Shown: piece after piece, positions 22,131 to 35,500 of the stretch
Numbering within the stretch: the first letter of the stretch is position 1
How the letters are laid out: each line of letters begins with the position of its first letter
NCBI GenBank assembly: GCA_965655095.1
Contig: OZ296649.1
Coordinates: 37,696,001 to 37,760,000 of the forward strand
From: Haplodiscus bocki
Taxonomy: Eukaryota
Direction of reading: 5' to 3'
DNA length: 64,000 bases
Notes under the pieces: generated by a model
Told to the model about the DNA's origin: nothing
Databases searched by the model: none
What the model saw: the letters and a program-made list of their open reading frames with translations, nothing else
Translations under genes and position numbers: made by a program

Positions 22131-23599
22131 TAGTAATGAACTTGGATGCCCGCAAGATGTTTGCGAAAACCAGACCTAACAGTTCGGTAATATAGTTTTG
22201 TCTTTCGTTTTCGTGACGAAAGTTAAATCATTGATGAGAGTAGGAAGACCAGCTGATCACCCTCGAAATGGACCTTTCTTCCCAAAGGCTCGCGCAGAAA
22301 TAATAGCGCAAAAGATTTTCATGAAATAAGTATCAGCTGGTTGCTGCAGCTCATGCTCACTGCTTGTGTAAAACTACTTTTTGCATCCAAGGGAAATCAG
22401 CAACACAGAATCAACGTCTAAAGTTCGTCTTTTTCACCTGCTTTACTCTACTGCGCAGATGCAGCTCTCTGGAATTTTTCTTCGTATTGTTTCACTGGTG
22501 AGACAGTTAAAAATTTTTTTATAATGATGAACCTAATGTTTTAGTTTGAAGCTTTCACAGCTTTTAGCAAAAGGGAAGTTTCAAAATGGGAGTTCATAGC
22601 AGTTAGTTAGTTATGTCATGTCTTTTCAATACGATTTTGACTAGATTTCCATTCGAAGCTTTTGCATTTGCTGCAATTGAGATTTTCGGTCTCAGAGCTT
22701 GTTGTTGCAGAAGAATCAGACCGCTACACATCTTCAAAAGTCTTCTGATGTCGACGCGGTTGATAATTTTGTCTGTGGATTTTGTTACATTTTTTGAAAT
22801 TGAATTCTCTGTGTAGAGATCGATGTTGTGCGATCGAACTTTGATACTTTTGACATGTCCTTTTATACGGGTGCAAAAAATATATTTTTTCTTAAATGCT
22901 TCGCCAAACTTGGTACAGTAAAAACCTGCGAGATAGGGAGTTGTTATTGAAGATAAACTTGATATGAAATGAAGTCAGATTTGCACCTTTTACCGGACAA
23001 CTTGAATCTGAATGAAAACAACAAATCGAAAAGTTACCAGTAGACGTTTGCTAGAAAGTACCACTTTAAAAACGTACAAGTGTGTCGGGGAATTTATATA
23101 TGTGAAAAAGTCACCGGTGAAAAAACTAGCCAATAGTTAAATGACTGGAAATAACCAAAAAAGATTTTGAAGATTCAGAATCAAAAAAAAACAATCAGTG
23201 TTTTACTCAAAATTCCATCAACCACAAAACAGCCTCTCTTTGGACTGGATAGCTGAATCTTTTTTTTCAATCTTCATCTAAAGGAGGAAGAGATTTCAAA
23301 AAAAGCCTGGTTCTATTTCAAGGCATTGAAAATGAAAACAATTGATTGGCGTTCCAACCCCTCCGGAAAAAGAAGAAAAACGTTGTACAATGCATAATAG
23401 GCGGAAGATCGAGTTCTTAATCACTACCATTGGATTGGCTTAAATTTGGTTGTTTGCTGTAACTTTGACATACTACCATTCTTCGTTGGAATTAGTCTCA
23501 GAATTTTTTTTTCCTTTCCGAAACATAAACTCCCAGTAGTATCTAATCACAACAACTATCACAGCAATTGTTCATATTTCAATGTCCAAAAGCTTCCGT

Positions 23600-26500
23600 G
23601 AAATACGAATCTATAAGATAAGATGAATCGGAAAACGGAACAACTACAAAAAACATGTATCGAGTGATTTGGATTTTTGAAGTTTTACCGATAGAACTCT
23701 AGACAAATATAACAAGCGCAGCAGTCTTTATTCCAAACCAGTATCGCAACAAGCAAATTTGTCAGTGGAGTTTCTTTTGCAACAAATGAGAGCTTCGAAA
23801 ATTTTACTTGATGGAGAATCCAGTGTCGGATCGAAAATGACAATGAAGACTTTCACTCGAACGCGCGAAACCTGGAGTAATTGAACCGTTGTTGCTTCTA
23901 TAGGTACTGTGAATCAAATGCCGTTAACTGTATCATTCTCCAGTACCCAAAAAATTTTAATTTTTTGAGACTCTACAAAATTCCCAACGATTAACATACC
24001 GTTCACAATCCAAGCGATACTGGCTTCAGCATACTATCACAATAACTTATTAGGAACGAACTGGAGACACTTTGGTTCCAGCTGAATTTTTCCTGCTAAT
24101 TTTCGTACGCTCTCAAATGAAACCACGATTCAGTATGAAACAGATGAGATTTTTCGAGACATTATCTATCGAATTAGACTTTATTCTCAATAATGATCAG
24201 AGCAATGGGAGTTTCAGATGGGAAAAGTTTCTTATAAAAGTCCCTAATTACATCAAATACCCAACAACCATCAAATATGTGAAGACATTGAAAAGACATG
24301 GGACTCCAACGACCAAATCAGACCAAAAATTCCAAACGGAATCACTTCCCACATTTGAAAATGAGCTAGTGAAACAGTTAACGCTGACATCAAAGCAGCA
24401 GTATCTGCTCCAATCCTTTATCACTGCCATTTTATCCGGAGATGATGATGACACCTCAGCAAGGTCAGCAAAAAGAATTCTACATAGAGAAGTCACTACC
24501 CAATATTTCTGAACATGCAAGTCTTGCTGATGGAAAAAACAGAACCGACAGTTTTTTTTCTAAGTAACAATACCAAAAGGAAAAACTACAACAGAAGCTA
24601 TCTCGGTGACCAGGACGGAATGCTCAAAAAAACGGAACATCAGCGATAACAGTACTCTATTCGCTACCGATGTCACCGCAAACGAAATTTTAGATGGCAA
24701 AAGTTTCCAGTAAAAGACCCTTGGTACATCGATAATCCAAAATTCATCACAGACAAAAAACGCATTGAAAACACAGAAACACAGGGAAACCGAGGACGGA
24801 AAAACATAAAAAACCTAAAACTCAACCACCGGAAATTAGTGAAATCATGGTAACAAAAACATTTGTCAGTGCCCACGAAACAAAAGTAGCTACTCCGAAG
24901 CACAACCTTGACGAGAAGTCTTTATGTTGAAAAGACAGTTCAACAAAGATGCATAAGAAAAGTGCTTCATCCAGCGTTCGAAACTCAGACAATTTGATCC
25001 TGCAATTTATGCCGATGATGGAAGAGTTAGACTCCTAAGTACAAAGAACAACAAACTCTACAAAAACGTTCTTTACAACACAAACACAATGAATCTGGAG
25101 CTCAACATACGTTCTGAAATATCAACAGTCAGAGTACTCGTTATTCCAAAACGATATCACAACAAACGGAACTTTAGATTAAGGAGGCCTCTACTGACAG
25201 ACTCAAGACTTGTTGGACACCATGTAATCACGAAGGGCACCAGACACACTGGAAACAAAACTTTCAATTACTTTCATCTGTTGATAATATTCCAACCATC
25301 ACGGCCGGTTACCAACGGCTTCATTTGCTCCTTCCCACTTTTGTAAGGAAATTTTTTTAGAAAGATAATGTTTCTTTTTCGAGGAAAAATATTCATTTTT
25401 CATATTTTTTTCTGACATTTTGCCGAGAAAAAACATGATTAGGGCGGGAAAAAAATAATTTTAGGACACAAGATCATTTGATATCCATTCTAATGCAACC
25501 TAGCCACTTCTAGCTATTTTGAAGAAAAATCTAGTCTTTTTAGGAAAACACATCCATCTGTTTTTTCAAAAGTTCAACTTTCAGACCTTTTTGAGGAATC
25601 TTACTATATCAGTCGCATTCGACGGCAAGTTTGATAGTTTGGCGGGACAAAAATCACGTTCACAAACGTCAATGAAAATTTTGAACGCACTTGGCAAATA
25701 TACACTAAAAGAAGTTCTCGTTGAGTGGAAGACTGTGCTCGCGTGTTAATTGTGATGTCGTAAGGAAATGAACACTTTACCCTGACATAAAACAGCAAGG
25801 TCTACTCCAGACAACCATGCAAACACGCCCTTCTAAGGAAGCGACTCTTCAAAAAAGTAAAATGGAAAAACTTTTACAAAAAGAAGAAAAAACCTACCCA
25901 TTTCGAACTTGAAAAATCTGCTGATGAAAAATAACATCACCAAATTTTGTTTTTATGAGCAAAACAACAAAAATGCCGGGATCCTTCTTCAAAAACAAAA
26001 GTGCTTCATAAACAATCATACCACTACTGTACTTTGTTCGGGGTAGTTATCGCAGCAATCAAATTTCTGAATGGAGAAAGCTTTGGACAAAAAAAGACAG
26101 TCGAAATTCTCTGTCCATCAAATCCTATGAAAACGCCGAAAACAACACAGAGCAATAAACCGAAACAAAGCCGGACCTCAAGACGTTTATTTTTCAAAAT
26201 CAAAAAATTGTGTAGCTGAAACATTCGACAAGGACAAAAACGCAGCAGCATCTACTCGAAACTAGTATCAATGACAAATAAGACCTGACTTTGAAGTGAC
26301 AATTGAACGATGTTCCACGAGAATTGGTGCTAGACGGGAATCACAGTAACAAACGATTTTGAATCTGCGACAGGACATCTACTGCTACAGGAAGTTACCA
26401 AACTGATTTGAACAAGGAAGTTCTGTTGATGAAGTAACAGAAAACCAAAATTGGTTTAATAAAGCTCAGGGTTCAAAAAGCACCCCAAAAACATTCCTCA

Positions 26501-29500
26501 ATACAAAAAAGTACCTTGGGCTCAACAAAAATCCGCCGCATCAGCCAACACAGAATTCCAGTTCTCAACCACTGTCACGGTAATTGAAATTTCAAATGTA
26601 GGAGGTTTCCAGTTGAAGACCCTAGATGCAACTAAGTTAATTGTTTCGCTGAATTGCATCGAAAACAGAACGGACGTGAAAAACGTAACAAAAATGTAAA
26701 CTCACAATTGCTCCGTTTTGGAATTTTTTGAGTGTGGTATTGAAACTTTTGACAGCGACATCAAAGCTGCAGTATCTACTCCAACCCATTATCACAACAA
26801 AGACGTCTTCGAGTTGCTTTGACAGTCAACAAAATTGTATGAAAAACATTGCGAAAACAAAAAACCAGTAACCGGTCATCCAAATTGGGAAGTTTTTCTG
26901 AAGATTTAAAAAACTCGAGTTTTTCTGCTAAGTGTGAAGGTTGAAAAACGACATCAAAACAAACTCCAAACTTTAAAAAAAAAACAATTTTGAGCTCAAC
27001 ATTGTTCTGAAACTCGGGCCATCAGAGTACTCTACTGGCATGACAAAAAATCTTCACTCCGGAATGACAAATCAACAAAAAAACATGAGAAACAGTGCTA
27101 CATAAAAAAACCAAAACCAAGCCGATTTGCAAATGGAATTTTTTGAGGAACCAAAACAACATCAAAAGATTAAATTGCAAGGAAATGAAAAAACAATCCT
27201 GGGAGTTTTACCAAAATAAAATCAGAGCGATTGTACTGCTGACAAATTTTCAAAACATCAGCATTTACAGCACTCCAGATTCACCTTTAAAAATACAGCT
27301 GTTGAAACTTTAGATGGAGTGAGCTGTTTGTGAAAAAAAGTTAGGTACATTGAAAAATCTACAATAATCAGTGACCCACGACACAACGAGAACACACAAT
27401 TCAATAACTTTCAGCTGACCATACTGAGCCAATGAGTCAATTGACAATGACAACAAAGAAGCAGTGTCTGCTCCAAAAAATTATCACGACAAAAATGTCT
27501 TCAAATTGAAGTAACAGTTTCACTTTTACATGGAGGACACTGCTACACGAAGAGCCCTTTAATCACGGATTTGAACTAGGAATCTCTGTTGAAAAAGGAA
27601 GAGAACACTATGAAGTCGTTGAAAAAGTACAAAGTATTGAAACCTACAGCAGCATCAATTGGCAAAGTGTAGGAACAGTAAACTTTGGGCTAAGGAAGTT
27701 CTGGGGCATCACCAATCGCAGAACTTCTCTTTTCAACCAATACAAAAACAATTGGAAGATCAGATGCAGGAAGCCTCGAATTAAACACCCTAGACTCATA
27801 TAAGACCCTCGTTGAATCAAACTACAACGAAAAATCGAAAGCACGGGGAATTTCAAATACTTAACATATGTCGAAAATTTACAAATCCAACCATTTTTAG
27901 TGAACAAACTGTGTCATTGAAGCATTTGACAGTAATAGGAGATCAGCAGTTTTTTCTCCCAAACATATTCATCACTGAAAGGTTTCAAACATTATTTGAC
28001 TGGTAACAATGTTCCACGAGAAGTAGTGCTGCACCAAAAGAAAATTTACGCTGCCAGTTTGAACCGTGAACCACTAATAAAGAAAGAAAAGAGCACCAAA
28101 AGGCTTTTTGCTAAGTACAGACGCTGAATTGATAGTTCCAGAGATTTCCCAGAAAAAACAACAGTGATGTGTTGACCTGAAAGATATCTGAAATGTCAGC
28201 AATCACGGTACATTTTTACCCCAAAACAATCCTAAATATTTTACTCCAGATCAAAAACGGATAAGACTATCAAAGAGTCAACAGATGTGGGATTTTCAAC
28301 AACGCTTCCTACCGGAGTTGGGAAAAGGTTTTGACGAAGCATTTGACAGTGGCTATAACACTTCAGTAAAAAATCCAGACGAAAATCACGACAAAAAAAA
28401 AGATTTTTCCGCGGTGACAGTTCAACGATGTTACATGAGAAGGAGTGCTGCATGGTAATTACAATACCCAGGCACTTTCATCGCAGAAATACTTGTGAAA
28501 GTTGAAAACAACAAAGTTATGTTTGTTGAGCACAAAAAAGGCTGAAAACCTATTGAAAATATTTTCCCAAGTGAACAGGACAGCCAATGCTGGAATTGGA
28601 AAATTTATAAAAATATCGGCAATCACATTAGTCCGTCTTCCAACGAAGTTCACACGAATTGAAATTTCAGAAGCTAGAAATTTCGAGAAATGTCCCCGAT
28701 ACAACCATGACCTACTTTCCATCAAATTCTGAAAACTCATCGATAACACACAAGAAACATCGAAAACAGAGCTTATGTCGGAAATTCGAGACTACTTGAC
28801 TTCAGAACAACAATGTTGTATTGATGAACCGTTTGACAGTGGCTACGATGCTCAAGTATCTAGTCGAAGCAAAAAACATGAGAAAAAATCAAAATTTTTA
28901 GGTGACAGTTCAACAATTTTAGACTAGAAAGAGTGCTACATGCTGAGCACAATACTCAGACATTCTGAACCAATAGGTTCTTCCAAAGAACGAAAAGGAC
29001 TCTAAAGATTCGCTTATAGACTACAAAGGCCCCAAAGAACTCCAAAAAATATCCACAAAACATGGGGACAACCATTTTGGTCAAAATCGTTTTTGAAATA
29101 TTAGTAATAACCTTACTCCGATTCGCAAACACTACAATAACAACACAACAATACAGGCTTTGGTTTTTCGAACTTTCGGTCCTTTGATCCATCGAAAACT
29201 ATAAATCCAATCAAATTCCAAAACACAACAAAAGTTAGACGTCAGAGACCTAACATAAACCAAAAACACAAAAAACTTCCACTATGTCATTGAACTTTTG
29301 AGAGTGACAACATTACCGCAGTGTCTACTCCAACAAATTATCACGGCAAAGTGTCTTCAAAAAGAAGTAAGAGTTTCATTTTTACATGGAGGACACTGCT
29401 ACACGAAGAGCCCTTTAATCACGGATTTGAACTAGGAATCTCTGTTGAAAAAGGAAGAGAACACTATGAAGTCGTTGAAAAAGTACAAAGTATTGAAACC

Positions 29501-32500
29501 TACAGCAGCATCAATTGGCAAAGTGTAGGAACAGTAAACTTTGGGCTAAGGAAGTTCTGGGGCATCACCAATCGCAGAACTTCTCTTTTCAACCAATACA
29601 AAAACAATTGGAAGATCAGATGCAGGAAGCCTCGAATTAAACACCCTAGACTCATATAAGACCCTCGTTGAATCAAACTACAACGAAAAATCGAAAGCAC
29701 GGGGAATTTCAAATACTTAACATATGTCGAAAATTTACAAATCCAACCATTTTTAGTGAACAAACTGTGTCATTGAAGCATTTGACAGTAATAGGAGATC
29801 AGCAGTTTTTTCTCCCAAACATATTCATCACTGAAAGGTTTCAAACATTATTTGACTGGTAACAATGTTCCACGAGAAGTAGTGCTGCACCAAAAGAAAA
29901 TTTACGCTGCCAGTTTGAACCGTGAACCACCAATAAAGAAAGAAAAGAGCACCAAAAGGCTTTTTGCTAAGTACAGACGCTGAATTGATAGTTCCAGAGA
30001 TTTCCCAGAAAAAACAACAGTGATGTGTTGACCTGAAAGATATCTGAAATGTCAGCAATCACGGTACATTTTTACCCCAAAACAATCCTAAATATTTTAC
30101 TCCAGATCAAAAACGGATAAGACTATCAAAGAGTCAACAGATGTGGGATTTTCAACAACGCTTCCTACCGGAGTTGGGAAAAGGTTTTGACGAAGCATTT
30201 GACAGTGGCTATAACACTTCAGTAAAAAATCCAGACGAAAATCACGACAAAAAAAAAGATTTTTCCGCGGTGACAGTTCAACGATGTTACATGAGAAGGA
30301 GTGCTGCATGGTAATTACAATACCCAGGCACTTTCATCGCAGAAGTACTTGTGAAAATTGAAAACAACAAAGTTATGTTTGTTGAGCACAAAAAAAGCTG
30401 AAAACCTATTGAAAATATTTTCCCAAATGAACAGGACAGCCAATGCTGGAATTGGAAATTTTTTTAAAAAATATCAGCAATTACATTAGTCCGGCTTCCA
30501 ACGAAGTTCACACGAATTGAAATTTCAGAAGCTAGAAATTTCGAGAAACGTCCCCGATACAACCATGACCTAATTTTCATCAAATTCTGAAAACTCATCG
30601 ATAACAAAAGAAACATCAAAAACCGACCTTACATCGGAAACTCGAGACTACTTGACTTCAGAACATCAGTTTTGTGTTGATGAACCGTTTGACAGTGGCT
30701 ACGATACTCAAGTATCCTGTCGCAGCTGGAAACATTAAAAAAATCAAAATTTCTAGGTGACACTTCAACAATATTAGACTAGAAAAAATGCTACATGCTG
30801 AGCACAATGCTCAGCCATTCTGGACCAATAGGTTCTGCTGAAGAACGAAAAGAAGTCTAAGGATTCGCTTATAGACTACAGAGACCTCAAAACATCTCCG
30901 AATTTTTTCACAAATTTTGGGGACAATGATATTTGGTCAAAATCGTTTTTGAGACTTTAGTAATAACCTTATTCCGATTCGCAAACACTATCAGAATAAC
31001 ACAACAATAGAAACCATGAATTTTCGGAGCTTCGCTCCTTTGATGCACACAAGACTCTTTTTCCATTGAAACCGCAAAACACAATAAAAATTGCATCACA
31101 CAAATAACGTAAATCGAAAGAAAGAGACACCATCACTGTGTCATGAAATTTTGGAGTATGACAACAACGCTGCAGTATCTACTGCAAACCAGCATCACGG
31201 CAAAAATGTGTGCATACTGAATTAACTGATAACTTTGTGGCATGAACAACACTGCTGCAGGAAGATCTCAATAATCCCAGGCTTGAATTTGAAGGTTCGG
31301 TTGGAGACTCAAACGAACGTCAAAAATTGGTTTCTTTAGCACAACTTTTCGGAAACAAAACGAACACTTTTCCCAAATTGAAGTGACGCCAAAAGTTGAA
31401 CTCCAAACAGTTTCAAAAATTCAGTAAAGATATGACGCCATTGGCAGGAGACAAAAATCAGACAGAAACAAAAAATCAACAAGGGTACATAAGAAACAGT
31501 GCCACATTAACGAATCAAAACCAGGCCGACTTGGAAAAATATATCCTTCGAAGAACGATAACAAACTCAATAGTTAGTTTTCTTAAAAAAACGAATAACA
31601 CAACTGCTGGAAGATGTCCTGAAATTAAAAGAGATTGAACGTTCAGCTTAGGAACATCTGAAACATCCGTTTTCACGGTACACATATTCTCAACCACTCT
31701 CAAAGCAATTTTACTTTTTAGATGTTTGAATATTTCGGTAGAAAACCCTCAACAAGTTCTTGTCCCATTTTCATCAAACCCCAATAGCACACCAAAAGAA
31801 CTTACGTTAACTTACGTTAACTAGTTAACTTACGTAAGAAACTCAAGATCGTTTCTCACCGGACTAAAAAAATGTGTTGTCGAGGCATTTGACAAAGGCT
31901 ACATAGCAGCAGTACAGATTCCGATCAAAATCCTCAAAAAAATGGAATTTTAGACTTGACACACGAACAAGGTTACATGAGAAAGTGTGATGCATGGTGA
32001 TTACAAAACCCAGGCATTTTGATCCTGGAAGCACTATTGGAGATTTAAAAAACACACAATTACGTTCGTTGATCACAAAGGTTGAGATTCTAGTGAAAAA
32101 ATTTCCCATATAAAAAAGGACAGTCAATGTTGGGCTGGAAAGCAATTTGAAGTTTTGACAAACGCATTTCTCCTGTTCCCAACGACATTTACAGGAAATG
32201 AGAATTTAGAGCCTGGAAGCTTCCGGGAAAGGCCCCGATACATCCGAGGCCTACTTGTCATCGAACTCTGAAAACTCATCGATAACAGAATGAACATCAA
32301 AAACCAGGATTAAGTCAGAAGCTAGGGACTACTCCACTTCAAAACAACAATTTTGTGTTGATGAACCGTTTGACACTGGCTACAAGGCTCAGGTATCTAG
32401 TCGAAGGAATATTCAGGAAAAAAATCAAAACCTCTAAGTGACAGTGCAACAGTGTCAGAGTGGAAAGCGTGCTACAAGCTGAGCACAAAACTCAGCCACC

Positions 32501-35500
32501 CTGAACCTACAGGTTCCTCCGAATAAATAAAAGAACTCTAAAGTTTCGCCTGTAGACTAAAAAGACCGCAAAAGAACTCAACAAATTTTCCATAAAACAT
32601 GTGGACAATGACGTTTGGTCGAGATCTTTTTTGAACCCTTAGTATTAACCTTAGTCCAATTCTCAAACACTACCACAAAACAACAAAAAAAGCATCTCTT
32701 TTGGAAACTTTGATCCTGCGATACATACAATCATTCATTCCCATTCAAACTCCAAAACACAAGAGAAACGAAGAAACAACAAATTTTTATCAAAAACCAA
32801 AAATACAAGACACTTTCACTATGTCATTGAAATTTTTGAGGGTGACACCAACGCAGCAGTATCTACTCCAAAACTTTATCCTGACGGAAATGTCTTTATT
32901 TTGAATTGGCAGCTAAAAATGGACATCAAAAGCACTGTTACAAGAGAATTCCAATATCCCCAGCCTGATTTTAATAATCTGTTGAAAAACCAAGAGAACA
33001 ACACAATAAACGGTTTTTCTAGTTGAAAAGTTGAAAACTTAATATAATCTTTCCCCAAGCTGAAGATGAAGCAAATGTTGGTCTGGGAACAGTTTTGCAA
33101 CTTCAGCAATGACAGTACAACAAAAGCGCGACAGAACAACTTCAGATAGAAGCAAAAAGATCTACAATGATACAAAAAAACACTGCTGCATCATTATATC
33201 AAAACCATGTCGGTTTGGAAGAAGATTTTCGTTGAAAAACGAAAACGAAATCGAGAGATAACTTATGTTTAAAAAATGAAGAACACAATTGCCGGAAAAA
33301 TTCTTGAAACGTACACAGAGTGAACATTAAGCTGATGAATGCTGAAAAATCAGTTTTCACGGTACACATATTCTCAACAACTCTTCAAGCCTTTCACATG
33401 TTAGATGTTTGAATTTTCCGGCAACAAATCCTAAACACGTTCCAGTTCCATTTTCGTCAATCTCAAACAGGATATCAAAAAAAGGTAAAGTTACCAAAGA
33501 CTTAACATTCGTTGAGAACTCAAAGTCCCTTCATACAGGAGTTGAAAAACGTGTTGACGAAGCATTTGACAGAGGCTGCAACAGATCCGTATAAATTCTA
33601 AACCCAAATTTCGACAAAAAAATGATTCTTAGAGGTTACAGTTCAACAATGTTACATGAGAAAGAGTTCCGCATGTTGATTACAAAACTCAGGCATCTTG
33701 AATCTGCAAGTACTAGTGAAGAATGAAAAGAACGCAAAGATCACGTTTGTCGAGCACAAAAGCTGAAGACGTACTCCAAAAAGATACCATTTTGAAATGA
33801 CAATCAATGATGGGCTGAAAAAAAATTTGAACAACCGACAGTCACAAGACTCTTGTTCCCAAAGACGTTCAAGGGAAAGGAGAAGTTAGAAGCTGGAGGT
33901 CTCAGTGAAAGTTCCCCGGTACATCCCAGACCTATTTTTCATTAATTTCTGAAAACTCATCGATAACACACAAGAAACATCGAAAACAGAGCTTATGTCG
34001 GAAAGTCGAGACTACTTGACTTCAGAACAACAATGTTGTATTGATGAACCGTTTGACAGTGGCTACGATGCTCAAGTATCTAGTCGAAGCAAAAAACATG
34101 AGAAAAAATCAAAATTTTTAGGTGACAGTTCAACAATTTTAGACTAGAAAGAGTGCTACATGCTGAGCACAATACTCAGACATTCTGAACCAATAGGTTC
34201 TTCCAAAGAACGAAAAGGACTCTAAAGATTCGCTTATAGACTACAAAGGCCCCAAAGAACTCCAAAAAATATCCACAAAACATGGGGACAACCATTTTGG
34301 TCAAAATCGTTTTTGAAATATTAGTAATAACCTTACTCCGATTCGCAAACACTACAATAACAACACAACAATACAGGCTTTGGTTTTTCGAACTTTCGGT
34401 CCTTTGATCCATCGAAAACTATAAATCCAATCAAATTCCAAAACACAACAAAAGTTAGACGTCAGAGACCTAACATAAACCAAAAACACAAAAAACTTCC
34501 ACTATGTCATTGAACTTTTGAGAGTGACAACATTACCGCAGTGTCTACTCCAACAAATTATCACGGCAAAGTGTCTTCAAAAAGAAGTAAGAGTTTCATT
34601 TTTACATGGAGGACACTGCTACACGAAGAGCCCTTTAATCACGGATTTGAACTAGGAATCTCTGTTGAAAAAGGAAGAGAACACTATGAAGTCGTTGAAA
34701 AAGTACAAAGTATTGAAACCTACAGCAGCATCAATTGGCAAAGTGTAGGAACAGTAAACTTTGGGCTAAGGAAGTTCTGGGGCATCACCAATCGCAGAAC
34801 TTCTCTTTTCAACCAATACAAAAACAATTGGAAGATCAGATGCAGGAAGCCTCGAATTAAACACCCTAGACTCATATAAGACCCTCGTTGAATCAAACTA
34901 CAACGAAAAATCGAAAGCACGGGGAATTTCAAATACTTAACATATGTCGAAAATTTACAAATCCAACCATTTTTAGTGAACAAACTGTGTCATTGAAGCA
35001 TTTGACAGTAATAGGAGATCAGCAGTTTTTTCTCCCAAACATATTCATCACTGAAAGGTTTCAAACATTATTTGACTGGTAACAATGTTCCACGAGAAGT
35101 AGTGCTGCACCAAAAGAAAATTTACGCTGCCAGTTTGAACCGTGAACCACTAATAAAGAAAGAAAAGAGCACCAAAAGGCTTTTTGCTAAGTACAGACGC
35201 TGAATTGATAGTTCCAGAGATTTCCCAGAAAAAACAACAGTGATGTGTTGACCTGAAAGATATCTGAAATGTCAGCAATCACGGTACATTTTTACCCAAA
35301 AACAATCATAGTTTTTTTTACTCCAGATCAAAAATGGGTAAGACTATCAAAGAGTCAACAGATGTGGGATTTTCAAGAACCCTTCTTACCGGAATTATGA
35401 AAATGTTTTGACGAAGCATTTGACAGTGGTTATAACACTTCAGTATAAAATCCAGACGAAAAACACGACAAAAAAAAGAATTTTCCGCAGTGACAGTTCA

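Noticed and set aside
27644-35082. Recurrent identical short ORFs (87, 64, 70, 78 and 112 aa) as a gene family
   Set aside because: They recur only because the satellite blocks are near-identical; the frames are broken in diverged units.
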